Of a stretch of 30,763 nucleotides of DNA, positions 15,356 through 24,191 are shown piece after piece. This DNA is from a virus (Duplodnaviria > Caudoviricetes), in IMG/VR virus record IMGVR_UViG_3300023197_000128, positions 1-30,763 of that record. One strand, 5' to 3'. The position numbers were made by a program, and so were the translations under genes. The notes beneath the pieces were generated by a model. That model was not told the origin of the DNA, ran no database searches, and saw only the letters and a program-made list of their open reading frames with translations. Numbering within the stretch: the first letter of the stretch is position 1; each line of letters opens with the position of its first letter.

Positions 15356-16939
15356 ATGGGACTGAGAGAGTCACTTCGAGACCGAGTCGAACAGCTGGCG
15401 CCCGGCGGGGAGCCCGACCCTCGAGGCGAGCACCGCCGGGTAAAAACAACCGAGCGCGACAACGAGGGGATCATCACCTGGGTCCTCGGCTACAACACGC
15501 CGAGCCCGAGCACCGACGCGATCCTCCCCGAGGAGCGAGACGCCCCGGCGACGATCGCGACCAACTGGGAGAACTACTACAAGGACTTCGCGCTCACTCG
15601 AGCCCCGCTCCACCTCTTCGACGAGGCCGTCATCGAGCCCGGGTACAAGATCCGCGTCGAGGACGAGAACGGCGAGCGCGACCGCGACATGGAGGACGCC
15701 CTCAACCTCTGGGCGTCGAACTGCGTCATCCACGCCGGCGAGCTCGGCCACGACCTCCGGAAGCTCCTCGGCTCGCTCCCCTCGAAGCGCCGCGGGAAGG
15801 GGACCGTCCTGATCGAGAAGGTCGGCACCGACACCGATCCCGACGCGACGGTCGCGCTGATGTCGCTCGACCCGTCGACGTTCAAGATGCACACCCGGCC
15901 CCGCCAGCCGATCCTCATCCAGCCCGATGACGACGTCGACCGCGACCATCCGACGACGCCGTCGGGGAAGGCGGCCGCGTACACGCAGTACCACGAGGAC
16001 GTCCCCGGCCACGCCGAGAAGGACCCGATCCACTTCGCGACGACCGACATCCTCAAGCTGACCTACGACGCCGACGACGGCGAGGTCTGGGGGACGTCGG
16101 TCTTCGACGCGATCTCCGACCGGATCGACGCGCTCCGACAGAAGCTCGAGGACCGCGACTACGCCATCCGGCAGACCGGGTACGCCCACCGCATCTACAA
16201 CTCGGACAACTGGTCCCAGGAGGAGGCGAAGGCGTACGCCGAGGCCCACCGGGACGGCGAGGTCTCCAGCGAGTACGGCCCCGATGACGACGACGGCGGC
16301 GAGAAGAACTCGTTCGCCGGGCGCGTCGACTTCGTCAGCGACTCGGTGGACGTCCAGGTCGAGGAGGGGACGGTCCCCGACCTCGAGGACGCCATCCGGG
16401 ACGACGTCGAGCAGATCTTCTCGGTGATGCCCGTCGGGAAGTACCAGATCGCGTACGCCGACGACCTGAACCAGTTCGTCGTCGACCCGCAGCGGGAGCA
16501 GGACAAGGAGGCCGTCGACTCCGAGCGCCGGTACCTCGAGCGGAAGTTCGAGCCGATCATCGAGGAGAAGGCCGACGAACTCGCCAGCGGCGACCAGTAC
16601 TCGGGCGAAGTCTCCTTCTCGATCGAGCCGCCGGAGGACGAGAACCCGCTCCGTCGCGAGAGCTTCCCGGCCGACAACCTGCAGACGTTCGCGAACGCCT
16701 GGAAGGCGTACAAGCAGAGCGGCGCCGAGCAGGACCTCCCGCCCGAGGCGTTCGCCGAGTTCGCCGGCTTCGACCTCGAGGCGAAGCAGGACGAGTACGA
16801 GTGGGAGAGCGACCCGCTCGAGATCGAGGACGAAGACGACACGCAGGAGGCGATGGACGAAGTCGCCCCCGATGAAGAGGGCGAAGAGGACGCAGAGGAC
16901 GACGAAGGCGGCGCGGACGAGGGGGGTGAGCCCGCATGA
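15356..16939 (+). CDS. Portal protein
   Basis: 527 aa directly after TerL; acidic C-terminal tail; WGTS motif preceding a helical region. Confidence 0.85.
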   Translation: MGLRESLRDRVEQLAPGGEPDPRGEHRRVKTTERDNEGIITWVLGYNTPSPSTDAILPEERDAPATIATNWENYYKDFALTRAPLHLFDEAVIEPGYKIRVEDENGERDRDMEDALNLWASNCVIHAGELGHDLRKLLGSLPSKRRGKGTVLIEKVGTDTDPDATVALMSLDPSTFKMHTRPRQPILIQPDDDVDRDHPTTPSGKAAAYTQYHEDVPGHAEKDPIHFATTDILKLTYDADDGEVWGTSVFDAISDRIDALRQKLEDRDYAIRQTGYAHRIYNSDNWSQEEAKAYAEAHRDGEVSSEYGPDDDDGGEKNSFAGRVDFVSDSVDVQVEEGTVPDLEDAIRDDVEQIFSVMPVGKYQIAYADDLNQFVVDPQREQDKEAVDSERRYLERKFEPIIEEKADELASGDQYSGEVSFSIEPPEDENPLRRESFPADNLQTFANAWKAYKQSGAEQDLPPEAFAEFAGFDLEAKQDEYEWESDPLEIEDEDDTQEAMDEVAPDEEGEEDAEDDEGGADEGGEPA

Positions 16940-17658
16940 TCGACGCAGTCCGCGACCGGATCGTGGCGGTCACCCTCGCGGCGATCGCCGCGCTCGCCAG
17001 CACGCCAGTCGCCCAGGAGCTCCTCTCCCGGATCCCCCGCCTGCCCGGCGGCACCGAGTCCGCGATCGTCGCCGGCGTCGTCGTCCTCGTCTACGTCCGC
17101 GTCCAGGCCGACGAGCGCTGGTTCGGGCCCTCCGCCCGGTTCTGGTTCCCCCTCCGCCGGTACGTCGGCCTCCCGCTCGACCGCCTCCTCGAGTCCGTCC
17201 CGATGCTCTACGCGAAGACGTCGGTGTACGAGAAGGAGCTCGTCGCGACGGTCGAGTGGTCGGTCGAGGAGACGAACGACGCGCTGGCGGCGGCCGGCTA
17301 CGAGCCCCAGCCGCTCGCGAGCGTCGCCGTCGACTGGCTCGGTCGCCTCGAGCGGAGCTCCTGGGTACGGTACTACGGCCCGAAGCCGCTGGAGGGCTTC
17401 CTCCCGCAGCGGCTCCTCGCCCCGCTCCCCGAGTGGACGCGGCGCCGGCAGATCCACGCCCGGCCGTTCGCGTTCGACGAGGACGGCCCGACGACGATCA
17501 CCGCGCACGACGAGTTCAACCCCTGGCGGCCGATGCTCGCGCTCCCCCACATGCTCGGCATCACCTGGAACGCCGAGGGCGGCGTCGAGGCCGTCGACGA
17601 GGACCTCGACTTCGAGGGAGCGGAGACCGAGCTGGACGACGCTGAGGTGGGAAACTGA
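16936..17658 (+). CDS. Hypothetical protein with N-terminal hydrophobic/TM segments
   Basis: IVAVTLAAIAALA and IVAGVVVLVYV; coupled at both ends. Confidence 0.75.
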   Translation: MIDAVRDRIVAVTLAAIAALASTPVAQELLSRIPRLPGGTESAIVAGVVVLVYVRVQADERWFGPSARFWFPLRRYVGLPLDRLLESVPMLYAKTSVYEKELVATVEWSVEETNDALAAAGYEPQPLASVAVDWLGRLERSSWVRYYGPKPLEGFLPQRLLAPLPEWTRRRQIHARPFAFDEDGPTTITAHDEFNPWRPMLALPHMLGITWNAEGGVEAVDEDLDFEGAETELDDAEVGN

Positions 17659-17831
17659 TGGTCGAGCGCGAAGAGGCTGAGAAGGCGCTCGACGACTTCC
17701 TCGACAAGTGCCTCGACGACCTCGACCCCGTGGTTCTCGAGGAGATCCTGCAGACGCGGGCGCAGGACATGCGCGAACTGCAGGAGCCCGAGGTCACCGC
17801 GGACGACCTGGAGGACGGAACTGACGCATGA
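17658..17831 (+). CDS. Small acidic helical protein (57 aa)
   Basis: MVEREEAEKALDDFLDKCL...; TGATG and ATGA overlaps; SD GAGGTGG. Not in the ORF track. Confidence 0.65.
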   Translation: MVEREEAEKALDDFLDKCLDDLDPVVLEEILQTRAQDMRELQEPEVTADDLEDGTDA

Positions 17832-18964
17832 GCGCGACACCCACTCCCGAGGACGTCGGCCCCTGGGACACCATCTCCGGGCCGTCCGACGTCGACGTAC
17901 TCGGGGAACAGCTGGCGGCCGGCGCCGAGCAGCTGGCCGACGAGCACGCCCACCCGACGAAGGCCGGGAGTCGGGACGCGCACGCCAACGACCCGTCGAA
18001 GACGACGACGATCCAGCGGAAGTACGCCCAGAAGCTCCGCGGGCGCTTCGCGAACATCCGGGCGGAGATCCGGCGAGGTGTTGCTGACCGCGACGTCCTC
18101 GGCCTCCAGGAGGACGACGACGGGGAGGGCATCTCGCTGTCGGACATCCTCGCCGGCGACGACGTCCCGACCGACGTTCGCGAGCGGTTCGTCGAGCTGC
18201 TCGCCGACCAGGAGTACGGCGCCGCGCGGGACCTCGTCGAGCAGCTGGCGTCGGACTTCGACCCGGAAGACCTCGTCACTCGAGACTTCGAGTTCGACAA
18301 ACTCGCCCGGAAGCACGAGGAGTTCATGGCCTGGCTCCGGGCCCAGCAGGAGGCGGGCGTCCTCGAGGTCATCTCCCGGGACGGCAACACGTACGTCCGG
18401 TCGGCGTACGAGCGCGGCTGGAAGAACGCGAACTCCTGGATGGAGGCCGACCAGCTCCAGTCGGACCTCGCGACGGCGCTCCAGCGCCCCGTCCACCAGG
18501 AGAAGCTCTCGCTGCTCTACGAGCGCAACTTCGAGGCGCTCCAGGGCATCACCCAGGACGTCTCCCGGGAGATCTCGCGAGAGCTCGCCGAGGGGCTGAC
18601 CGAGGGCGTCCACCCGGACGAGATGGCTCGCCGGCTGACCGACCGCGTCGACAAGATCGGTCGGACGCGGGCGACCACCCTGGCCCGGACCGAGGTGATG
18701 TACTCGCACAACGAGGCGACCATCACTACGTACGAGCGGGCGATGGGGCCCGACGTCGAGGTCCAGGTGAAGGCGGAGGTCTCCACGGCCGCGGACCAGC
18801 ACGTCTGCGACATCTGCGAGCCGTGGGAGGGCGAGACGCTCCCGCTGGACAAGGCGCGTCGCGACGGCCCGCCGTTCCATCCTCGATGCCGGTGCATCGT
18901 CCTCCCGGCGACGTCGTCGACGAGTTCGAGCGCACCTCGAGCGTCGACGTCGCCGGCGTCCTGA
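17828..18964 (+). CDS. Head morphogenesis protein (SPP1 gp7/MuF family)
   Basis: RATTLARTE, VCDIC and PPFHPRCRC signatures. Confidence 0.92.
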   Translation: MSATPTPEDVGPWDTISGPSDVDVLGEQLAAGAEQLADEHAHPTKAGSRDAHANDPSKTTTIQRKYAQKLRGRFANIRAEIRRGVADRDVLGLQEDDDGEGISLSDILAGDDVPTDVRERFVELLADQEYGAARDLVEQLASDFDPEDLVTRDFEFDKLARKHEEFMAWLRAQQEAGVLEVISRDGNTYVRSAYERGWKNANSWMEADQLQSDLATALQRPVHQEKLSLLYERNFEALQGITQDVSREISRELAEGLTEGVHPDEMARRLTDRVDKIGRTRATTLARTEVMYSHNEATITTYERAMGPDVEVQVKAEVSTAADQHVCDICEPWEGETLPLDKARRDGPPFHPRCRCIVLPATSSTSSSAPRASTSPAS

Positions 18965-18984
18965 CCGGCGCCGGACCTGCGGCC

Positions 18985-19043
18985 ACCGTCTGTTGGACCT
19001 CTTCTCGCACGAGGAGAGCCGGGTTCGAGTCCCGGAGACGGCC
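18985..19043 (+). ncRNA. D-armless tRNA-like element (acceptor plus T arm)
   Basis: Intergenic. CCGTCT/AGACGG acceptor-like stem; CTCTTCTC-GCAC-GAGGAGAG hairpin; T stem CCGGG/CCCGG with loop TTCGAGT. Confidence 0.65.
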
Positions 19044-19060
19044 TGAAGGCATGATCTGAT

Positions 19061-20668
19061 ATGACCGACCCCCACGACGAAGAGCACGCCGAGACACTCG
19101 CGGGCGGCGTCGCCTCGATCGACGAGGACGACGAGGACCGGAAGGTCCGCATCGTTCCTCTCGGAGAGGGCGATACCACTCGCGGAGGCTCGGGTAAAGA
19201 GACGTACTGGGACCGGGAGGTCCTGAAAGACGCCGTCGACAGCGGCGCGTTCGACGGGGCGAAGCTCCTCAAGGGCCGCCCCGGCGAGGGCCACAAGGAC
19301 ATGCTCGAGCAGGCGGACCCCGACGAGATCGTCGGCTCCGCCGGCGAGTTCGAGTATGAGGACGGCGTCGGCCCGGTGTCCGAGAACGCGGAAGTTCTCG
19401 ACGACCACCTGGCCGACCTCGTCGACGCTGGCCTCGTCGAGGTCAGCCCCGACATGTGGCGCGTCCTCGGCGAGTACGACGAGGACCTCGGCGCTCACCG
19501 CGTCGACGAGATCCTCGACGTCCCGTACATCACCATCCTCGACCGCGGCGCCTCGGCTGGCGCCTCGATCGAGCCGGCCGATGACGGCGTCGAAGCGCTC
19601 GGCGGTGTCGGGCGCTGGCGGAACCGCGTCGACGAGCTGTCGGAGACGCTGGGCGTTCCGCCGGAGCAGCTGCAGGACGAGATCGACGCGTCCGACCGTG
19701 ACGTCGAGATCACCGTCGAGCAGCTCTCGCGTCTCTTCACCCTCCGGTTCCGCGCGTACGGCGAGATGTTCGGGGACGAGTTCCTCGACGAGGCGGTCGC
19801 GAACCTCGAGGCGATCGAGGGGATCTCGGCGACCCGCAGCGAGGACAACGACGACCCCGAACTGGTCGCGATCGTCGACCGCGAGGCAGTCGCCTCGCTC
19901 GACGACCTGAACGACCAGATCGTCGACGCGCTCCAGGACACTCCCTTCGAGGTCCACGATGACTACGACTGGATCGAGGACGTCGCGTGGGAGGGTCTCG
20001 CCGGGAGTTCCGGGCCCGAGGGACAGTCATCTGACGAGCGGGCGGAATCCCGTGCGGGATCCGGTACCGGAGGTTCCGGTACCAGCGGTACTTCGCAGAC
20101 CATGGAAAACGAAGACCTTCAGGAGCAGCTCGCAGAGGTCCGGACCGAGCGAGACAGTCTCGCCGACGAGAAGGACGACCTCGAAGAGCAGCTCTCCGAG
20201 AAAGAGGAAACGATCGAGAACAAGGACGAGCGGATCGAGCAGCTCGAGGAGGAGATCGACCCCCTCGTCGAGATGCTCGCCGAACTGGCGGCCGAGGACT
20301 CGCCGCTCCAGGCCGAGCAGCTGGCCGACCGCTTCGAGCCGAGCGAACTCGTCGAGACGCTGGCGCTCGACGCCGGCTGGACCGAGGACGACGACGAGGA
20401 CCCGGTCGAGATCGTCCGCGAGCAGCTCGCGGGGTCCCCGACCCCTCGCGGCGAGAGCGAGCCCGACGGTACGCCCGGCGGTGACCTCGGTGAGGAGGAG
20501 AAGCAGCACGCCGAGCAGCTGGCCGGCGAAGTGATGACGGCGTCGGACACGCTCGCCGCCGAGGGCTCGAACTACGAGTACCTCAAGCAGGAGTACGACG
20601 TCGACGCCGCCGAGTACGACAACGTCGAACAGCTCCGCGCGGCCGTCCGCGGCAACGGGGGTGACTGA
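19061..20668 (+). CDS. Prohead protease-scaffold fusion
   Basis: Lies between MuF and capsid. N-terminal domain with GH...EVSP...RGA pattern consistent with HK97/herpes-type serine proteases; GS-rich linker; coiled-coil C-terminal part from M at 20102. Confidence 0.7.
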   Translation: MTDPHDEEHAETLAGGVASIDEDDEDRKVRIVPLGEGDTTRGGSGKETYWDREVLKDAVDSGAFDGAKLLKGRPGEGHKDMLEQADPDEIVGSAGEFEYEDGVGPVSENAEVLDDHLADLVDAGLVEVSPDMWRVLGEYDEDLGAHRVDEILDVPYITILDRGASAGASIEPADDGVEALGGVGRWRNRVDELSETLGVPPEQLQDEIDASDRDVEITVEQLSRLFTLRFRAYGEMFGDEFLDEAVANLEAIEGISATRSEDNDDPELVAIVDREAVASLDDLNDQIVDALQDTPFEVHDDYDWIEDVAWEGLAGSSGPEGQSSDERAESRAGSGTGGSGTSGTSQTMENEDLQEQLAEVRTERDSLADEKDDLEEQLSEKEETIENKDERIEQLEEEIDPLVEMLAELAAEDSPLQAEQLADRFEPSELVETLALDAGWTEDDDEDPVEIVREQLAGSPTPRGESEPDGTPGGDLGEEEKQHAEQLAGEVMTASDTLAAEGSNYEYLKQEYDVDAAEYDNVEQLRAAVRGNGGD

Positions 20669-20670
20669 AC

Positions 20671-21123
20671 ATGGTTCAGGGAGACCTCCGACTCTACGAC
20701 CCCGGGCAGAGCCTCGACGTCGACGTCATCGCGGACCCCGGCGGCACGGTCGCCGACCGCGGTGACCCCGTCGAGATCGCCGGTGAGGCGAACGGGCGGA
20801 CGCAGGTCCAGCTCGTCCAGAACGCCGGCGACGGCATCGGGACGCTCAAGCGGGCGCCCGACGTCGACGACGCGGACTACGCGGCCGGCGAGGTCGCCGG
20901 GACCGGAAGCGCGCTCGCGCAGGGCCCGGTCGACTGGTACGAGGACGCCTCGGGCGGCGCCGTCGCACCGGGCGACCTGGTCGTCCTGACGGCGACGGGC
21001 GTCCGCGCCTACGACTCCGCCGGTGGTGACACGCCGGAGATGATCCTCGGGCGCGTCTTCGCGACCGGAACTCGAGCCAGCGCCGAGACCGCGAACAAGG
21101 TGGCCGTTCTGCGGCACAAGTAA
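20671..21123 (+). CDS. Head decoration/cement protein (probable)
   Basis: 150-aa Gly/Ala/Val-rich protein just before the capsid gene, the position of lambda gpD. Confidence 0.6.
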   Translation: MVQGDLRLYDPGQSLDVDVIADPGGTVADRGDPVEIAGEANGRTQVQLVQNAGDGIGTLKRAPDVDDADYAAGEVAGTGSALAQGPVDWYEDASGGAVAPGDLVVLTATGVRAYDSAGGDTPEMILGRVFATGTRASAETANKVAVLRHK

Positions 21124-21138
21124 CCCTACTGACAACAC

Positions 21139-22278
21139 ATGGCACGACTTAGTTTCAAGAAGGCCGGTCTGCTCTCGCCGAAGACGCTGCGCGAGGAGAT
21201 CGTCCAAGACATCGACCAGATGGATGAGATCCAGGGCGAGAACGTCGCCAGCGCGAACAGCGAGTTCGCCGCTGTCGACCTCGACGCCCCGGAAGAGAAC
21301 TACTTCCAGATCGGCGGCGCCGTCGCCCCGATGCGGGAAGTCGACCGCGCAGCCGAGTCCCCGATCGGGACGCTGGGCGACATCAGCGAGAAGGACATCA
21401 CGACCTACTCGTTCAAGGAGAAGATCGCCCCCGAGAAGGAGACCGACGCGAAGCTGAACAGCGAGCGGGAGATCCTCTCGCTCTACCGCTGGGGCGCGAA
21501 CCAGCTCCGGGCGGCGCTGTTCCTCACTCGCGAGCAGGTCACCTGGCAGGGCACCGCGAGCGTCGAAGGGTTCGTCGGGCAGGACGGGCAGACGCCCCAC
21601 TCGGACATCCCGACCGACAACGTCATCGACCCGGGCAACGCCTACGACGACCGGGCGAACTCGACGCCGTACCAGGACTTCTCGTACGCCTCGTACCTGC
21701 TGAACGAGGCCGACCAGACGTTCATGAACGCGCAGGTCACCGCCGACCCGGTGGCCTACGTCACGCCGTCGACGTGGCACGACATCAAGAACAACGGCGA
21801 CATGAAGGACCGGTTCTCGGGCGTCGAAGTCCGGGGCCTCACCGGCAGCCAGGTCCGCCGCCTCGTCGACGAGGAGATCCCCGAGATCCGGATGGTCAAG
21901 GTCAAGCTCCCGCGCACCGACGGCGACGGGAACTTCCTCGACGAGAACGGCGACGTCGTCAACGACGTCGACAACGCCGCGATGGACAACGTCCTCGAGC
22001 CGTACGACCCGGCCGCTGGCGAGCAGCGCCGGAACATCGTCATCGGGCGGCCCGGCCCGAGCTCGGCGTTCCTCCCGTGGTTCGGCGAGAACATGGGCGA
22101 GTTCGACGAGCCCGACGCCCCGTCGACCGACGGCGGCTTCGCCATCGACGAGAACCGCGGCTTCGGGACCCAGACGTGGATCGGGAACGACCCGGCCGTC
22201 ACCTGGCTCAAGGGCTTCCAGGACATCGGCTTCCACCTGATGCTCCCCGAGCAGTGGGTCGTCATCCGGGACATCTGA
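21139..22278 (+). CDS. Major capsid protein (HK97 fold)
   Basis: 379 aa; canonical position; low-complexity acidic tracts absent. Confidence 0.85.
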   Translation: MARLSFKKAGLLSPKTLREEIVQDIDQMDEIQGENVASANSEFAAVDLDAPEENYFQIGGAVAPMREVDRAAESPIGTLGDISEKDITTYSFKEKIAPEKETDAKLNSEREILSLYRWGANQLRAALFLTREQVTWQGTASVEGFVGQDGQTPHSDIPTDNVIDPGNAYDDRANSTPYQDFSYASYLLNEADQTFMNAQVTADPVAYVTPSTWHDIKNNGDMKDRFSGVEVRGLTGSQVRRLVDEEIPEIRMVKVKLPRTDGDGNFLDENGDVVNDVDNAAMDNVLEPYDPAAGEQRRNIVIGRPGPSSAFLPWFGENMGEFDEPDAPSTDGGFAIDENRGFGTQTWIGNDPAVTWLKGFQDIGFHLMLPEQWVVIRDI

Positions 22279-22286
22279 GGTGACCG

Positions 22287-22673
22287 ATGACTGAACTCAG
22301 ATGGACTCGCGACTCGACGTTCCAGGACGGCGGACGGAACTTCCAGGCGCGAGGCCCCGGCGTCTACGACGTCCCCGAGGAGGCGGTCGAGGAGTACCTC
22401 GACCACCGCTCGGGCGCGTGGGAACGCGTCGACGACACCGACGACGGAGCCGAGGCAGAGCCAGCGGCCGAAGACGAGACCGCCGACGCCCAGGACGCCG
22501 CCGCCTCCGAGGAGGAGCTGGCAGAGGTCCTCGACGGGACGATCGGCGAGGTCGAGGACGCCCTGGAGACCGGCGACTACGACGACGTCCTCGACGAGCT
22601 CGAAGCACTCGAGGAGGACGGCGAGGGCCGAAAGGGCGTCTTCTCGGCACTCGACGACCGTCGCGAGGAGTAA
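22287..22673 (+). CDS. Hypothetical virion-associated protein
   Basis: SD GAGGTGA; acidic linker; C-terminal E...RKGV helical motif resembling that in 23440-23736. Confidence 0.7.
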   Translation: MTELRWTRDSTFQDGGRNFQARGPGVYDVPEEAVEEYLDHRSGAWERVDDTDDGAEAEPAAEDETADAQDAAASEEELAEVLDGTIGEVEDALETGDYDDVLDELEALEEDGEGRKGVFSALDDRREE

Positions 22674-22676
22674 CTC

Positions 22677-23063
22677 ATGACCGAGCTCGAGGACGCCGAC
22701 TCGCGGACTTCCCTCGAGGCGGTGAAGGGCGGCGGCTTCCAGACGGGCCTCTCCGACGGCGAGATTCGCGAGTACATGGACGACGCGAACATGGAAGTCG
22801 ACGACCGCCTCAAGGGCCGCGGGCTCTCGGAACGCCGCCTCGCGAAGATCGAGCGGGAGCTGACCCGCCACTTCATCAAGTTCCTCGTCGACGAGGAGCG
22901 CCAGGTCGAGTCCGAAGACATCGGCCCGGTCTCCTTCGACTACGCCGGGGCGCTCTCGGCGGAGGGACTGAAGGCAACGACCCACGGGCAGCAGGTGATC
23001 GAGTACGACACCTCGGACACGCTCGGGCCCGACGGCGGTGACTTCTGGTCGGTGACAGCATGA
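22677..23063 (+). CDS. Head-tail adaptor (probable)
   Basis: 128 aa; position; GLKATTHGQQ...D motif reminiscent of DUF4054-type adaptors. Confidence 0.6.
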   Translation: MTELEDADSRTSLEAVKGGGFQTGLSDGEIREYMDDANMEVDDRLKGRGLSERRLAKIERELTRHFIKFLVDEERQVESEDIGPVSFDYAGALSAEGLKATTHGQQVIEYDTSDTLGPDGGDFWSVTA

Positions 23064-23443
23064 GCGGGTTCGCTGCTCGCCGAGCGCTCCGCCGCGCCGG
23101 CGTCGACGTCGAGCTCTACAACTTCGAGCAGGCGGCGGCGTCCGACTCCCGCGGGCAGCCCTGGACCCAGACCGCCGACTCGCCGCAGACGATCGACGCG
23201 ATCTCCGACCCCGGCGGGAAGTCAGTTTCCTACGGGACGTTCGGCGTCGAGGTCGACGCCGACCAGGTGTACCTCGTCGACGCCGGCCTCGTCGATGACG
23301 GCCTCCAGGACGGCGGCGGCGAGGGCGCCTCGGTCATCGTCCAGGACGGGAAGGCGTTCCGCGTGATGGAGGCCGACCGCTCGCAAGATCACGGGTTCGC
23401 CGTCCTCGAGTGCGAACTCGACCACGAGGTAGACCTGCAATGA
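23060..23443 (+). CDS. Head closure/stopper protein (probable)
   Basis: 127-aa beta-rich protein after the adaptor; DGKAFRV motif. Confidence 0.55.
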   Translation: MSGFAARRALRRAGVDVELYNFEQAAASDSRGQPWTQTADSPQTIDAISDPGGKSVSYGTFGVEVDADQVYLVDAGLVDDGLQDGGGEGASVIVQDGKAFRVMEADRSQDHGFAVLECELDHEVDLQ

Positions 23444-23736
23444 TCGAGAACTACGAGGACCTGAACCGAGAGGAGACGCTCGACGCTGTCGCCGACTTCG
23501 ACGGCGAGCAGCTCGCCGCGTTCGTCGACTACGAGCGCGAGCACAAGGACCGGAAGACGGTCATCGAGCCACTCGAGCGCGAGCTCGTCGACGTCGTTCC
23601 CGCGGGCAGCGCGGGCTACGGTGGACGGTACGTCGCTGGAGTCTGGTTCGACGACGTCTCCGAGCCGGCGACCGTCCGACGCTCGACGCGGATCGAGCAG
23701 GCGCTCGACGCCGGCGACCTCGAGGTGGTCGAGTAA
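23440..23736 (+). CDS. Hypothetical protein (YEDL...YEREHKDRKTV helical domain)
   Basis: Start at ATG 23440 (ATGA overlap, SD GAGGT). Confidence 0.7.
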   Translation: MIENYEDLNREETLDAVADFDGEQLAAFVDYEREHKDRKTVIEPLERELVDVVPAGSAGYGGRYVAGVWFDDVSEPATVRRSTRIEQALDAGDLEVVE

Positions 23737-23738
23737 CG

Positions 23739-24185
23739 ATGGTCCGCGACGAGAACAACTTCGACGACGTTCGGGACGCCTTCGACGCAGGCCTCGAAAC
23801 CGGCCTCGTCGAGCTCCACTCGAGCGTCCTGAAAGCGGTCCTGCGGAACATGGCCCGTGGCCAGGACGCGCTCGGGAACTCGTGGAAGCCGATCAAGGCG
23901 TCGACGCTCCAGTCGCGAAAGGTCCGGACGTCGTCGACGGCGCCGCTCGTCGACACCGGTGACCTCCGCGGTGACATCGGCTCGACGTCCGAGGTGAACA
24001 CGTCGGAGCTCTACGCAGTCATCGGGACGACGAAGAAGTACGGCGAGGTCCACGAGCTCGGCGCTCCGGAGGCGGGGATCCCTCGCCGACCGATCTTCGC
24101 GCCGGCCGCACGCCTCGCGTACCAGAAGGCACCCGACACGATCGGCGGCGAGATCAACGTCCGGCTCGAAGGCGCGGAGCTCTGA
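23739..24185 (+). CDS. Virion morphogenesis/tail completion protein (Mu gpG/P2 gpS-like)
   Basis: WKPIKAST, PLVDTGDL, KYGEVHELG and IPRRPIF motifs. Confidence 0.85.
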   Translation: MVRDENNFDDVRDAFDAGLETGLVELHSSVLKAVLRNMARGQDALGNSWKPIKASTLQSRKVRTSSTAPLVDTGDLRGDIGSTSEVNTSELYAVIGTTKKYGEVHELGAPEAGIPRRPIFAPAARLAYQKAPDTIGGEINVRLEGAEL

Positions 24186-24191
24186 CTGACG

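Noticed and set aside
22126-22137. TDGG in the capsid protein as part of the early TDGG system
   Set aside because: Single occurrence, lacking the preceding hydrophobic residue and inside a folded structural protein; probably chance.
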